Source: an uncultured delta proteobacterium
Lineage (GTDB): Bacteria; Myxococcota_A; Polyangia; Fen-1088
Direction: 5' to 3'
DNA: 64,000 bases
Assembly: GCA_963767925.1 (NCBI GenBank)
Contig: CAVYGB010000013.1
Span: forward strand, 192,001 to 256,000
The translations under genes were made by a program, and so were the position numbers. This document shows, piece after piece, positions 28,267-38,527 of this stretch. The first letter of the stretch is position 1; every line of letters begins with the position of its first letter. The notes below the pieces were generated by a model, which was not told the DNA's origin, did no database searches, and saw nothing but the letters and a program-made list of their open reading frames with translations.

Positions 28267-29619
28267 TCAGGAAGGGCGCGCCGGCGCGGGCGTTGGCGCT
28301 GCGGGCCGCCCGTCCGGGCGGGGCGGCAACACCGGGGTGGTGGTCTGCAGCATCCCGTCCAGGCGGACCTCTCCGGTGATCAGGCGCGCGCCCCGCCGGA
28401 AGAACAGGTACGAGTAGGCCCAGTCGATCATCACCAGCAGGCGGTTGCGGAACCCGATGAGAAAGTAGAGGTGGATGAACAGCCAGCCGAGCCAGGCGAG
28501 AAGGCCGGTCACGGGCAGCCGGTCGAGCAGCCTGCCCACCGCCGCGCCCCGGCCGATGACGGCGAAGCTCCCCTTGTCGAAGTAGCGGAACGGCGCCCGC
28601 GGGCGGCGGGCCAGCGCCCGCTTGATGGTGCGGGCCACGTGCCGGCCGCTCTGGATGGCCGCCGGCGACACGCCGGGGACCGGCTTGCCGTCCTGGGTGA
28701 TGGCCGCCAGATCGCCCACCACGAACACCTCGTCGTGTCCCGGGATGCTGAGGTCGGGCTGCACCACCACCCGGCCGGCGCGGTCGAGCGGGACCCCCAG
28801 CGAGCGGCCCAGCGGCGAGGCCGCCACCCCGGCCGCCCACAACACCGTGCGGGCGGCCAGCCGCTCGCCCCCCATCTCCACCCCCGCGAGATCGATGTCG
28901 GTGACCCGCTGGCCCAGCCGCAGCTCGATCCCCAGCTTCACCAGGCGGCGCTCGGCCGCGCGCGAGAGCTTCTCGGGGTAGGAGGGCAACACCCGCGGCT
29001 CGCCCTCCACCAGCACGATGCGGGTCTGGGCCGGGTCGATGCTGCGGAACTCGCCCCGCAGGCTCTGCCGCGCGATCTCGGATAGCGCCCCCGCCAGCTC
29101 GACGCCGGTGGGGCCCGCGCCGATGATGACGAAGGTCATGAAGGCCCGCCGCTCGTCCGGGTCGGTGCTGCGCTCGGCGGCCTCGAAGGCGAGAAAGACC
29201 CGGCGCCGGATCTCGAGCGCGTCCTCGATGCTCTTGAGCCCGGGCGCCGCCGGGGCCCAGGTGTCCTTGCCGAAGTAGGAGTGGGTGACTCCGGTGGCGA
29301 GCACGAGGAAGTCGTAGGGCAGGTCGGCGCCGTCGTCCAGGTGCACCCGGCGGGCGGCGGCGTCGACCCGGGTCGCCTCGCCCAGCAGGACGCGCACGTT
29401 CTTCTGCCGGCGCAGGACGCTGCGGATCGGTACGGCGATGTCGCTGGGGTTCAGGGTCGCGGTGGCGACCTGGTAGAGCAGCGGCTGGAACAGGTGGTGG
29501 TTGCGCCGATCCACCAGCGTGATCTCCACCGGCTCGCGCGCGAGCGCGCGGGCGGCATACAGCCCGCCGAAGCCGCCGCCGACGATCACCACCCGAGGCC
29601 GCTCGATCCCCTGGTCCAT
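28267..29619 (-). CDS. ndh: Type II NADH dehydrogenase
   Basis: GGGFGG, HLFQPLLYQVAT, GAGPTGVELAG, WAAGV, AIQSG, FRNRL. Confidence 0.92.
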   Translation of the reverse strand: MDQGIERPRVVIVGGGFGGLYAARALAREPVEITLVDRRNHHLFQPLLYQVATATLNPSDIAVPIRSVLRRQKNVRVLLGEATRVDAAARRVHLDDGADLPYDFLVLATGVTHSYFGKDTWAPAAPGLKSIEDALEIRRRVFLAFEAAERSTDPDERRAFMTFVIIGAGPTGVELAGALSEIARQSLRGEFRSIDPAQTRIVLVEGEPRVLPSYPEKLSRAAERRLVKLGIELRLGQRVTDIDLAGVEMGGERLAARTVLWAAGVAASPLGRSLGVPLDRAGRVVVQPDLSIPGHDEVFVVGDLAAITQDGKPVPGVSPAAIQSGRHVARTIKRALARRPRAPFRYFDKGSFAVIGRGAAVGRLLDRLPVTGLLAWLGWLFIHLYFLIGFRNRLLVMIDWAYSYLFFRRGARLITGEVRLDGMLQTTTPVLPPRPDGRPAAPTPAPARPS

Positions 29620-29674
29620 GGTTGCAAACTTAGCGGGCCGAGGCAGGCGCTTCCACTCCGGGGCGGTCGCTGAT

Positions 29675-30850
29675 TCAGGCTGAAGCCGGAAGGTGCCCCC
29701 TCGATTTTCCGCCTGCTGGACCTGCGGGAGCCGGCGGGGTGACGCCCAGCTCGAGCACGAGCTGGGCGCCGCCGCCGGGCCGGTTGCTGGCCCGGACCGA
29801 GCCGCCGTGAGCCCGGGCGATGCGGGCCACCAGGGCCAGGCCCAGGCCCAGCGAGGGGGCCGCCAGGCCGGCGCCGGGAGCGTCGTCCGGGCCGGCCCCG
29901 CTCTTCACGAAGGGGCGGAACAGGTCATCGAGGCGTTCGGGGGAGAAGCCCGGCCCCCGATCGAGCACCTCGAACACGACGAAGCCCGGGCGGGTGCTCA
30001 CCTCCAGCCGCTCCAGCCCGCCCCCGTGGTTGCCCGCGTTGTGGAGCAGGTTGGCCAGGGCCCGGCCGACCAGGGTGGGGTCAGCGGAGAAGGGCGCCGC
30101 CGGCAGCGCGCTCGCGAGACGATCGGCGGGCAGCCCGACGGGCTCGAGGGCCCGCCGGGCGGCGTCGACCGCGTCGAGCGGCCGGGGGGAGAGGGCCTGG
30201 AAGTCGAGCCGGGCCGAGGCCAGCAGCTCGCCCACGAGCTGATCCATCTCGAGCAGCTCGCGCTCGAGGTCGTTCCAGGTGCGGGCGCTGGGGCCCTGGT
30301 CCCGGGCGATGTCGAGCAGGACGCGCAGGTGCCCGAGGGGCGTGCGCAGCTCGTGCGACACCCCCGCCAGCAGCTCGCGCTGGTCGGCGATCTGGCGCTC
30401 GATGCGGCCGGCCATGTCGTTCATCGCCCGGGCCAGGATGGCGATCTCGTCGATCCCGGCGCAGGCCTGCTGGGCCCGGGCGGCGAGGTTGCCCCGGCCG
30501 ATCGCGCCGGCCACCTCCACCAGCTCGTCGAGCGGCCGGGCGATGCGGCGGGCGATCTTCCCCGAGAGCACCCAGAGCGCCATCACGGGCAGGGCCACCA
30601 CCAGCAGCCGGCTCGGCGGCTGGTCGCCCAGCCGGTGCGACAGCCGGAGCGCCCCGCCCACGACGAGGACGGTGATGAAGATGGCCGCCCCGAACCAGAA
30701 GAACAGCCGCCGGCGCAGATGGGAGGCGGTGTAGTGGCGCAGGTTGTCCCGCCAGCGCCAGCGATGGTGGTGATGGTGGTGGTCGTGGTCGCGGTGGTGG
30801 TGGCGGTGCCAGGGGTCGTGCCGCCAGGGCGGGCCAGACCAGTTCCTCAT
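29675..30850 (-). CDS. HAMP-domain sensor histidine kinase with His-rich N-terminus
   Basis: 2 TM; HAMP; VSHELRTPL; NLLHNA; DRGPG; GLGL. Confidence 0.9.
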   Translation of the reverse strand: MRNWSGPPWRHDPWHRHHHRDHDHHHHHHRWRWRDNLRHYTASHLRRRLFFWFGAAIFITVLVVGGALRLSHRLGDQPPSRLLVVALPVMALWVLSGKIARRIARPLDELVEVAGAIGRGNLAARAQQACAGIDEIAILARAMNDMAGRIERQIADQRELLAGVSHELRTPLGHLRVLLDIARDQGPSARTWNDLERELLEMDQLVGELLASARLDFQALSPRPLDAVDAARRALEPVGLPADRLASALPAAPFSADPTLVGRALANLLHNAGNHGGGLERLEVSTRPGFVVFEVLDRGPGFSPERLDDLFRPFVKSGAGPDDAPGAGLAAPSLGLGLALVARIARAHGGSVRASNRPGGGAQLVLELGVTPPAPAGPAGGKSRGHLPASA

Positions 30851-31182
30851 CGGTCGTCACTCCGGTCGTCGCCCCGGGCCAGCACGTAGCCTACCCCCCG
30901 CACGGTCTTGATCAGGCGGGGCGCCCGCGGGTCGTCGCCCAGCTTGCGCCGCAGGTGCGAGACGTGGACGTCGACCGTGCGGTCGCTGACCGCGACGTCG
31001 CCCCGGCCCGCCAGCTCGAGCAGGGTCTCGCGCGGCACCACCCGCCCGGCCCGCCGGACCAGGGCCACCAGGATGTCGAACTCCAGGCCGGTGAGGTCGA
31101 GCGGGGTACCGCCGCGCCGGGCGGCCCTGGCGTCGAGGTCGATGGCCAGGTCCCCCACGACGATCTCCTGCGCCGCCCCCAC
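30847..31182 (-). CDS. Stand-alone OmpR/PhoB winged-helix domain (receiver absent)
   Basis: LTGLEFDIL, DRTVDVHVSHLRRKL, IKTVRGVGY; in-frame upstream sequence meets a stop at 31273 with no receiver. Confidence 0.8.
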   Translation of the reverse strand: MGAAQEIVVGDLAIDLDARAARRGGTPLDLTGLEFDILVALVRRAGRVVPRETLLELAGRGDVAVSDRTVDVHVSHLRRKLGDDPRAPRLIKTVRGVGYVLARGDDRSDDR

Positions 31183-31212
31183 CGCGGATCGTGAAGAAGT
31201 GTGAAGCCGCGT

Positions 31213-31260
31213 CCGTGCACGGGATCCGTCAGCCGTGCACGTGCACGGCTGACGTGCACG
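31213..31260. repeat. GTGCAC-rich palindromic element (28-bp perfect palindrome at 31227-31254)
   Basis: cgtcagccgtgcac|gtgcacggctgacg; related copy at 38528-38572. Confidence 0.85.
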
Positions 31261-31272
31261 AATCTCTCCGCC

Positions 31273-32595
31273 TCACCAGCGGACGGGCACCGGGCTGGCC
31301 GAGAAACGCCCCCGCTCCACGGTCGCCGGTGCGTCGCCGAGCTGCCCGGCGTGGTTCTGCCCCCAGCAGGCGACCAATCCGTCAGCCAGGATGACGCAGG
31401 TGTGCTGGGCGCTCGACCCTCCCCCCAGCGCCACCACCGGTCCGGGCAAGCCGGTCACGACGGCCGGCGCCCGCACCTCCTCCTCGCTGGTCCCGGGCGC
31501 CGGGCCAACCTGGCCCAGGCTGTTGAGCCCGAAGCAGGCCACGGCCCCGTCGGCCCGCAGGGCGCAGGTGTGGCTGGCCCCCGCGCTCAGCTCGGTCACC
31601 GCCGCGGAGAGCGCGGTGGCGCTGCCAAACGGGGGCACGTCGACCGTGTCGCTGGGGGTGCCGCCCAGGCCGAGCTGGCCGTAGTAGCGCTCGCCCCAGC
31701 AGGAGAAGGTCCCGGCGGCGTGGCGGACGCAGGCGTGGTCCGCCCCGACGGTGAGCTGCTGGACGTCCCCCAGCGGGTTGCAGACCGGGCTGGCGTAGAT
31801 GTTGATGGCGTCCGAAGCGGTCACCAGGTGGGTGCCGTTGTGGCCCCAGGCGCACAGGCGATCGCCGCCCCCCGGGCCGTCGTGGCTGACCACGGTCAGG
31901 CCAGCGCCCAGAAAGATCGGGGGGCTGGGGTTGGCCAGCAGCGCCGCGGCGCTGGCGGTGACCTCCGGGGGCCGGGCGAGCGAGCCCTGGTCGTTGCGCC
32001 CCCAGCAGAACGTCCCCTCGCCGTTGGCGGCGCAGGCGAAGCTGCGGCCGACGGCGACCTGGCGCACGTCCGCCAGACGGCTGCCGTCCTCGCGGGTCAC
32101 CGCGATGGCCTGGTTGCCCCAGCAGCGGACCTGGCGCTCGCGGCTGATGGCACAGGTCTGGTGGGTGCCGGCCGACAGGGCCAGGGGCGCGCGGGGCTCG
32201 GCCAGGAAGCTCGGGCGCACAACCGCGTTGCCGCCAGCGTTGATCGACTCGGCCAGCCCCCAGCAGGAGACCTGCCCGTCCCGGTGGGCCGCGCAGGTGT
32301 GGAAAGCCCCCGCCACCACCTGCACGACCGCGCTCACGCAGGTGCGCGAGGCGACCCCGCAGAAGTTGTCGGGCGGGCAGGGCGCTCCCTCCGCGCAGGA
32401 GCGGGCGTCGGGGGCGGCCGGGGCGCCGTCGTGCGTCTCCCCGGACGTCCCGTCGGGCGTGGCTGCGTCCCCGCCGCCGCTATCCTCGCCGCCCGGCCCG
32501 GCCGGGGAGCAGGCGCCGAAAATGAGAAACCCGATCGCCACGGCCTGCGCGGCGATCGGGTCGAGGGTCAGACGGTTCGGGATGTTAGCCCGCAA
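31273..32595 (-). CDS. RCC1/BLIP-II repeat lipoprotein (start uncertain)
   Basis: Repeated AGxxHTC...VxCWGxNxxGQLG units; lipobox FGAC. Confidence 0.85.
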   Translation of the reverse strand: MRANIPNRLTLDPIAAQAVAIGFLIFGACSPAGPGGEDSGGGDAATPDGTSGETHDGAPAAPDARSCAEGAPCPPDNFCGVASRTCVSAVVQVVAGAFHTCAAHRDGQVSCWGLAESINAGGNAVVRPSFLAEPRAPLALSAGTHQTCAISRERQVRCWGNQAIAVTREDGSRLADVRQVAVGRSFACAANGEGTFCWGRNDQGSLARPPEVTASAAALLANPSPPIFLGAGLTVVSHDGPGGGDRLCAWGHNGTHLVTASDAINIYASPVCNPLGDVQQLTVGADHACVRHAAGTFSCWGERYYGQLGLGGTPSDTVDVPPFGSATALSAAVTELSAGASHTCALRADGAVACFGLNSLGQVGPAPGTSEEEVRAPAVVTGLPGPVVALGGGSSAQHTCVILADGLVACWGQNHAGQLGDAPATVERGRFSASPVPVRW

Positions 32596-33928
32596 ACCCC
32601 GGCAGCGGGCCCTTGTTCCAGGCGGCGGTGCCGACGGTGTTCACCTTCATGCCGAAGGAGTGGGCGATGCTGAGGTACAGGTCGTTGTGGTTGCGGTCGT
32701 TGCACTCGAGGACCCGGCCGGTCTTCCAGTGGCCGGCCCCGCCGCCCGCCACGACGAAGGGGGTGTTGAACTTCGGGTGGTCCATGATGGCGAACTGCAC
32801 CTGGGTGCTGGTGCCGTTCTGGGTGCTCAGCACCACCGCGGTGTTGTCGAGCAGCGAGTAAGCCCCGTCGGCGTAGGACTTCAGCTTCTGAACGAAGTAG
32901 GTGAACTGCTCGGCCATGAAGGCCTGCACCTTGATCATCTTCTGGCCCTCGCCCGCCTTGGGGTTGCCGTGCGAGGAGGAGTGCCAGTTGCCCATGCCGA
33001 TGCCGTTGAAGGAGACCGGCTCGTCGCACTGACCGCCGCCCCACATGTTGGCCGAGACCCGCACCACCCCGCAGGCCAGGCCCATGGCGATGGTGTCGAG
33101 GTAGAGCTTGTTCACCGCGGGCATGTCGTTGACCCGGGTGTTCTGGCTGAGCATCGCCGGGGGGCCCGGGATCTTGGTGCACTGGGCGCTGGGCGTGATC
33201 CCGGGCGGCAACACGTTGCCCCCGATCTCCCGCTCGAGCGTGCGCAGCGAGTCCAGGTAGAAGTCGAACTTCGACTTCTCGGTGCCGCCGAGGCGGCCGG
33301 AGAAGCGGTTGACGTCCTCCCGCACGAAGTCGAGGAGGCTCTTGCGCAGCAGCAGCGCCTTCTCGGTGCCGACCGGGGTGACCATCGGGGGGGTGCCCAC
33401 CGAGGGCGGGGTGGCCCCGGCGACAACCCGCTCGGCGATGCGCGAGTAGGCCGCCACCGGGTTGCGGGCGCCGTTCATGAAGGCCCCGTTCCGCTGCGAC
33501 AGGCTCTCGATGCGACCGCCGCCGCCGCCGGTCTGACCGATCGAGATCTCCAGCGAGGGGACCGGGGTCTTGACGTGGTCGGCCAGCACCTGATCGAAGC
33601 TGATCTGGGTGTTGCCCGCGCCGAGCGCCGAGAACGAGGTGCTGCGGTGGGAGTTCCCGCTGCCCCGCTCGAGGCGCAGGTTCTTGAGGATGACGATGTC
33701 CTTGCGGATCGCCTCCATCGGCGCCAGGTGGGGCGAGAGGACGAAGTTTTCGCCCGCGCCCGTGGGCGCCCAGTCCGGGTGGGAGCCGTTGGCGTAGAAG
33801 AAGAAGACCGCCCGGGCGCGCCGGGGCGCTTCCTGGGCGTACAGCGTCTTGGACATGCTCGAGAGCAACACCGACCCCGCGCCGAGGCCCCGCAACAACG
33901 ATCGTCGGGAGAACTTGTTTGAGCGCAT
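32585..33928 (-). CDS. DUF1552 (HXXSHH) family Tat protein
   Basis: SRRSLL Tat motif; FFYANG; WHSSSHG; SLLDNT. Confidence 0.88.
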   Translation of the reverse strand: MRSNKFSRRSLLRGLGAGSVLLSSMSKTLYAQEAPRRARAVFFFYANGSHPDWAPTGAGENFVLSPHLAPMEAIRKDIVILKNLRLERGSGNSHRSTSFSALGAGNTQISFDQVLADHVKTPVPSLEISIGQTGGGGGRIESLSQRNGAFMNGARNPVAAYSRIAERVVAGATPPSVGTPPMVTPVGTEKALLLRKSLLDFVREDVNRFSGRLGGTEKSKFDFYLDSLRTLEREIGGNVLPPGITPSAQCTKIPGPPAMLSQNTRVNDMPAVNKLYLDTIAMGLACGVVRVSANMWGGGQCDEPVSFNGIGMGNWHSSSHGNPKAGEGQKMIKVQAFMAEQFTYFVQKLKSYADGAYSLLDNTAVVLSTQNGTSTQVQFAIMDHPKFNTPFVVAGGGAGHWKTGRVLECNDRNHNDLYLSIAHSFGMKVNTVGTAAWNKGPLPGFAG

Positions 33929-33943
33929 GTGATTCAGCCTCGC

Positions 33944-35648
33944 CTAATTCTTACGAGCCATGAAGCTCGGGGTGTTGATGACACTGAGGATGAGGGTATC
34001 GAGCTTGTAGCCAGACTTCTCGAACTCGTCCGAGACGATCTGGCGCTCGCACTCCTTGACCTCGCTGAGCTTGCGCCCGGTGGCGTAGGTCAGGTACTGC
34101 GAGGAGAAGCAGCTGTAGAGGTCCTTGGTGTTCGAGAGCTTGTCGACGAGGTCGACGAAGTTCTTGAACTCGAGGACGGTGCCGTCGCTCGGCAGCGGGA
34201 CCGAGCCCGAAGGATCGAGGGGCTTGCCCTTGTCGGTGGTGCGGAAGCGGCCGATGGCGTCGTAAGACTCCATCGCGAAGCCGAGCCCGTCGAACAGGAA
34301 GTGGCAGGCCGAGCAGGCCGGCTCGGTCGAGTGCAGGGCGAACTTCTCCCGGCCGGTCATGTCCGCGGTGGCGAACATCGGGTCGAGCGCGGCGGCGGCG
34401 CCCTCGGGCGGCGGCGGCACCGACGCGCAGAGGATCTCCTCGCGGAAGTAGCGCCCGCGGTCGACCAGGGCGGTGCCGTCGGGGTCGGCGTGGGCGGCCA
34501 TGAAGGAGGCCAGGGTCAAGAATCCCGCGGCGCTGGGTCGGGTCGAGCTCGGTGCGGGTGAGGGCGTCGCCGGTCACGTTCTGGACGCCGTACAGGGGGG
34601 CGGTGCGGGCGTTGACGAACCCGTAGCTGCCGGTGAACAGGGTCTTGAAGCTCTTGTCAGCGCCGGGGTCGAAGATGACGCTGTTGAGGTAGAGCCGCGT
34701 CTCCTCGGCCAGGTCGGAGGCGACCTCCTTGCTGTAGAGCGAGAACAGCTCCGGATCTTCGTCCTTCTCCAGCAGGTTCTCGATGAAGAGCCACTGCTGC
34801 AGGAAGTTGTGGAGGCTGGCCGAGGCCTTGTCCTTGGTCCCGAGGAGGCGCATGGCCTGCTCGGCGAGGACGCTCTTGCTGCGCAGCTTGCCCTCGCGCG
34901 CGAGGTCCAGCAAGGTGGCGTCGGGCGCCGTGTCCCAGAGGGTGTACGACAGCGCGGAGGCCAGCTCGTAGTCGGTCAGGTAGGTGACCGCGCCGGCCTG
35001 CTGGGTGTGCCCCAGCTCCGACCGGAAGAGGAAGTTCGGCGACATGAAGAAGGCCTGCACCACGGTGCGCAGCCCCGCCTCGGGCGCCTCGCCTTCCTGG
35101 GCGGTCTTGTTGTAGAGGGCCGTGAGCGAGGCCAGCTCGACCTCGGTCGGCGGGCGCCGCCACATCTTCAGCGCGAAGGCGCCGAGGAAGTCCTTGAGAC
35201 AGGTCCCGGTGCCGAGGCCCGCCATCCCGTTCGGGCACTTGACGAACTCGGCGCCGCGACCGAGGACGTTGTCGGCCAGCTCCTCGCCGACCTTGTAGAA
35301 CTGGTCGGCCAGCAGGCCGTCGATGGGGAGGTTGTCGGCCCGGTTGGCGAAGCCATCCAGCCGGTTCAGGGAGGGGAGCTTGTCCAGGGTCCCCGGGTTC
35401 GCGCCGAGCGCGTCGCGCAGGGTGTTCTTCATCTGGAGGGTCGTGAGCCGCCACACGCGCGGGCGGGCCAGGGTGGCCTCGCTGCAGGTGCCCACCGCCA
35501 CCGGCGGGGGGTTGACCGGCGGTCGGCTCGGGTCCGAAGACGAAGACGGGGAAGGGTTGGCAGAGTTGCCGGCCGTCCCGGCCGGGATCTCGCCGACGCA
35601 GGCGATTGGCGCCAGGAATAGCACCAGGATGGAACCTAGAAACTTCAT
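33944..35648 (-). CDS. DUF1592/1588/1587/1595/1585 multidomain lipoprotein with CxxCH; frameshift at about 34520
   Basis: WRLT...NTLRD, WRRP, SPNFLFR, YELASALSY...PD; RRGIL/TLASF split between frames; CSACH. Confidence 0.85.
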
Positions 35649-36064
35649 GAAATCAGCCTCCGTTGGATGCTGCAGGTCTACACCGCCCCCGAGTGCTCGG
35701 CCCCGCTGACGCTGCTACCAGTGCAAGCCACAAATGCCCAATCCGCTGCAGGAATGACGAACCCGTGAGGGATGCCGCGACGCGACTTCAAACGTATATC
35801 GGTACTATACTATTCGTGCGGGAACGGCCGGTTGCTTAAAAAAGAAGGCCCTCGCCCGCGGCGGGAGCCGCACGTCTGGACGCATCGGGACAAAACCGTG
35901 GGGATGGAGAGGGGCCTCACCCGTGATCAAGTGACCCGGGGCGCCTGCCAGCGCCCCCCGCGGTACCACGGCTCGGACACCGGACGCCTCCGAGGGTCCG
36001 GGGCTGATTGGCGGAGGCGCTGACGTGTTACGGTACCGCCCGAAGGGCCGCGGTAAGAGGCTTC

Positions 36065-37963
36065 GTGTCATCCCCCAATCCTCCCGCGACGGGCACCCGT
36101 CGCACGTCCTCGGGCCCGCGCGCGATCCCGGACAAGCTGTTCGAGCGCCACCGGGCTTCGGGCCGGCTGGGTCCCTTGCTGGCCTGGGCGGTCGTGTTCG
36201 CCGACATCGGGACATCGATCTATTACGTCCCCGGAATCCTGTTCGTGGAGCTGGGGGGCCAGCGACCGTCCCCGGCGGCTCCCTTGATGCTCGCGACCGG
36301 GTTCGTGTTCATCCTGCTGGCCCTCAAGGAGGTGGAGGTCTCGGGCCGTTACCCCGACGGAGGCGGGGTGGTCTCGGTGGCCACCGACGCCTTCGGCCCC
36401 CTGTTCGGGTGCCTGGGCGGCATCCTCATCAGCGTCGACTACTTTCTGACCGGGGCCATCTCCACGGTCTCGGGCTTCCAGTACCTGTCGGCGGCCATCC
36501 CCGCCCTGACGCCCTGGCTGGTCCCCTGCGCCTGCGCCGCGATGGTCGTTCTCGGGGCGCTCAACATCGTCGGCATCCGGGAGTCGGCCACCTTGACCGC
36601 CGGGCTGGCCATCAGCTCGTTGTTCGTCAACCTCGTCATCCTGGTGACCGTGGCGGTGCAGCTCGACGCCGCGTCCTGGCGGCTGGTGATGGACCAGTTC
36701 ACGTCGGTCGGCTCGTTGCAGATCGGGCCGCTGGCGATCGGCTTCGCCTCCTCCTGGCTGGCCTTCTCCGGGCTGGAGTCGCTCAGCCAGATCGCGCCGG
36801 CCCTCCGGGTGCCGCGCGAGCGGACCGCCCTGCGGGCGATGTTGCTGGTGGTGGCCTGCATCCTCATCACCTCGCCGCTGATGACCGCGTTTTGCACGGC
36901 CTTGCTGCAGGTGCACCGGGTCAATCCCGAGCAGTTCGTCTTCGCCCTCGGCGCCGAATACGGCCCGCGCACGCTGGAGGTGGCGATCGTGCTGACCGCC
37001 TCCACCTTGCTGATGGGCGCGGCCAACACCGCCATCATCGGCTGTTACCACGTGTTCCTGGCCCTGGTGCGGCTGGGGTTCCTGCCGTCCTGGCTGGCCG
37101 AGCGCAGCCGCCGGTTCAACACCCCCCACCGGGCCATCATGGTCTCGATCCTGGTGCCGGTGGCGGTGATCATCGCCAGCGGGGGCAAGACCCTCCTGCT
37201 GGGGCAGCTCTACGCCTTCGGGCTGCTGGGGGCCTTCTCCCTGAACTCGCTGGGCCTGGACCGCATCCGCTGGCAGGAGCGCAAGCACACGCCGGGCTTC
37301 TTCCTCGGGCTGTTCACCTCGCTGCTGGTCGTGACCGCCTGGTGCATCAACCTGGTTCACAAGGGCTCGGCGACCCTGTTCGGCGGGTCGATCACCCTGG
37401 TCGGCCTGGGGGTGGCCTACGCGGTCCGCCGGGGGTACCTGGGCGGCCACAAGAAGGGCTACCTCACGCCCGAGGCGGCGGAGCGGGCGGCCACCCAGCT
37501 CCCGGGCGCGGTCGAGATCCTCACCGTCGAGGAGGCGCTCGACATGCGGGCGGTGTACCGCTCGAGCACGCTGGTGGCGATGCGGGCCCCCAACCTGCGC
37601 CTGTTCCAGGAGGCGGTCGCGCGGGTGCGCGGGTCGGGCGAGCAGGCGGTCTACCTGATCTTCGTCGACGAGATTCCGGGCCTCTTCTTCCCGCCGAAGG
37701 TGGGTCCCTCCCGGGAGGCCCAGGAGGTGCTGGCCACCGGGGTGGAGTTCTTCCGGCAGGCCGACATGGTGGCGGTGCCGCTGTGGCGCATGGCCCACGA
37801 CGCGGGCGCCTCGGTGGCGGGCGCCGCCCGGCGGCTCGGCGTGGGGGCGGTGCTGGTGGGGACCTCGCAGCGGAGCGCGGTCTGGCACCTCCTGCGCGGC
37901 AACGTGCTCAAGTCCCTGATCGCCGACCTGCCGAACGAGACCCGGGTCTGGATCTGCAACTGA
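36065..37963 (+). CDS. APC family permease with C-terminal universal-stress-like domain
   Basis: DIGTSIYY, YPDGGG, FSGLES, GQLYAFG; 12 TM followed by a soluble domain; start uncertain. Confidence 0.85.
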   Translation: MSSPNPPATGTRRTSSGPRAIPDKLFERHRASGRLGPLLAWAVVFADIGTSIYYVPGILFVELGGQRPSPAAPLMLATGFVFILLALKEVEVSGRYPDGGGVVSVATDAFGPLFGCLGGILISVDYFLTGAISTVSGFQYLSAAIPALTPWLVPCACAAMVVLGALNIVGIRESATLTAGLAISSLFVNLVILVTVAVQLDAASWRLVMDQFTSVGSLQIGPLAIGFASSWLAFSGLESLSQIAPALRVPRERTALRAMLLVVACILITSPLMTAFCTALLQVHRVNPEQFVFALGAEYGPRTLEVAIVLTASTLLMGAANTAIIGCYHVFLALVRLGFLPSWLAERSRRFNTPHRAIMVSILVPVAVIIASGGKTLLLGQLYAFGLLGAFSLNSLGLDRIRWQERKHTPGFFLGLFTSLLVVTAWCINLVHKGSATLFGGSITLVGLGVAYAVRRGYLGGHKKGYLTPEAAERAATQLPGAVEILTVEEALDMRAVYRSSTLVAMRAPNLRLFQEAVARVRGSGEQAVYLIFVDEIPGLFFPPKVGPSREAQEVLATGVEFFRQADMVAVPLWRMAHDAGASVAGAARRLGVGAVLVGTSQRSAVWHLLRGNVLKSLIADLPNETRVWICN

Positions 37964-37967
37964 CCGG

Positions 37968-38432
37968 TCAGTGTCAGAACCCGATCGAGAGCCCGGCGTT
38001 GCCGTAGCGCGGGGCCGCGTCGACGGCCAGGGCGAGCGCCACCCGCCGCTCGGTGCTCACAGGTTGAAGGCGAACAGCCGCAGCTCGGCCCCCGCGGTGA
38101 GGTGGGCCCGGCCGGGGACGCCCTCGAAGCGAGCGGGCTCCCAGTAGAGCCCGCCGCGCAGGCCCAGCCGCCCGGGCTCTGGTTCCAGGGGCTGGGGGCC
38201 AGGCGAACCGCGCCTCCGAACGCGATCTCCCGGGGGGCCACCACCCGGCTCGGCAAGATGAGGCCCTGGCAGTCGTTGGGGTCGCAGGTCGCCTCCAGTC
38301 GAGGTCGCGGCCGGTGAGGGGCGTCGTGACCGGCGCCGCCGCGGCGCCCACCGGCGCCACCGCCAGCGACAGGAACGCAAAGGCGGCGAGGCGGCGGGCC
38401 CGGAGCGCGAACCGGGAGAAGGAATCGATCAC
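37968..38432 (-). pseudogene. Decayed outer-membrane beta-barrel protein gene
   Basis: Coherent peptide pieces in three frames (signal peptide; CDPNDCQGLILPSRV; LRGGLYWEPARF; AVDAAPRYGNAGLSIGF) plus premature TGA codons. Confidence 0.6.
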
Positions 38433-38527
38433 CGCGCGAGCATAAGGTCACCGCTCCTCCCGGGCGAGCCCGTCCTGCCCCCGCCCGACGATGGGTCCAC
38501 CGCAGCTGAGTGAGCGGCCTCCGGCGT

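Noticed and set aside
35650..36060. c-di-AMP or c-di-GMP riboswitch, or sigma54 promoter, before the APC permease or DUF1592 gene
   Set aside because: Only short partial words match, and the GG-N10-GC spacing fails
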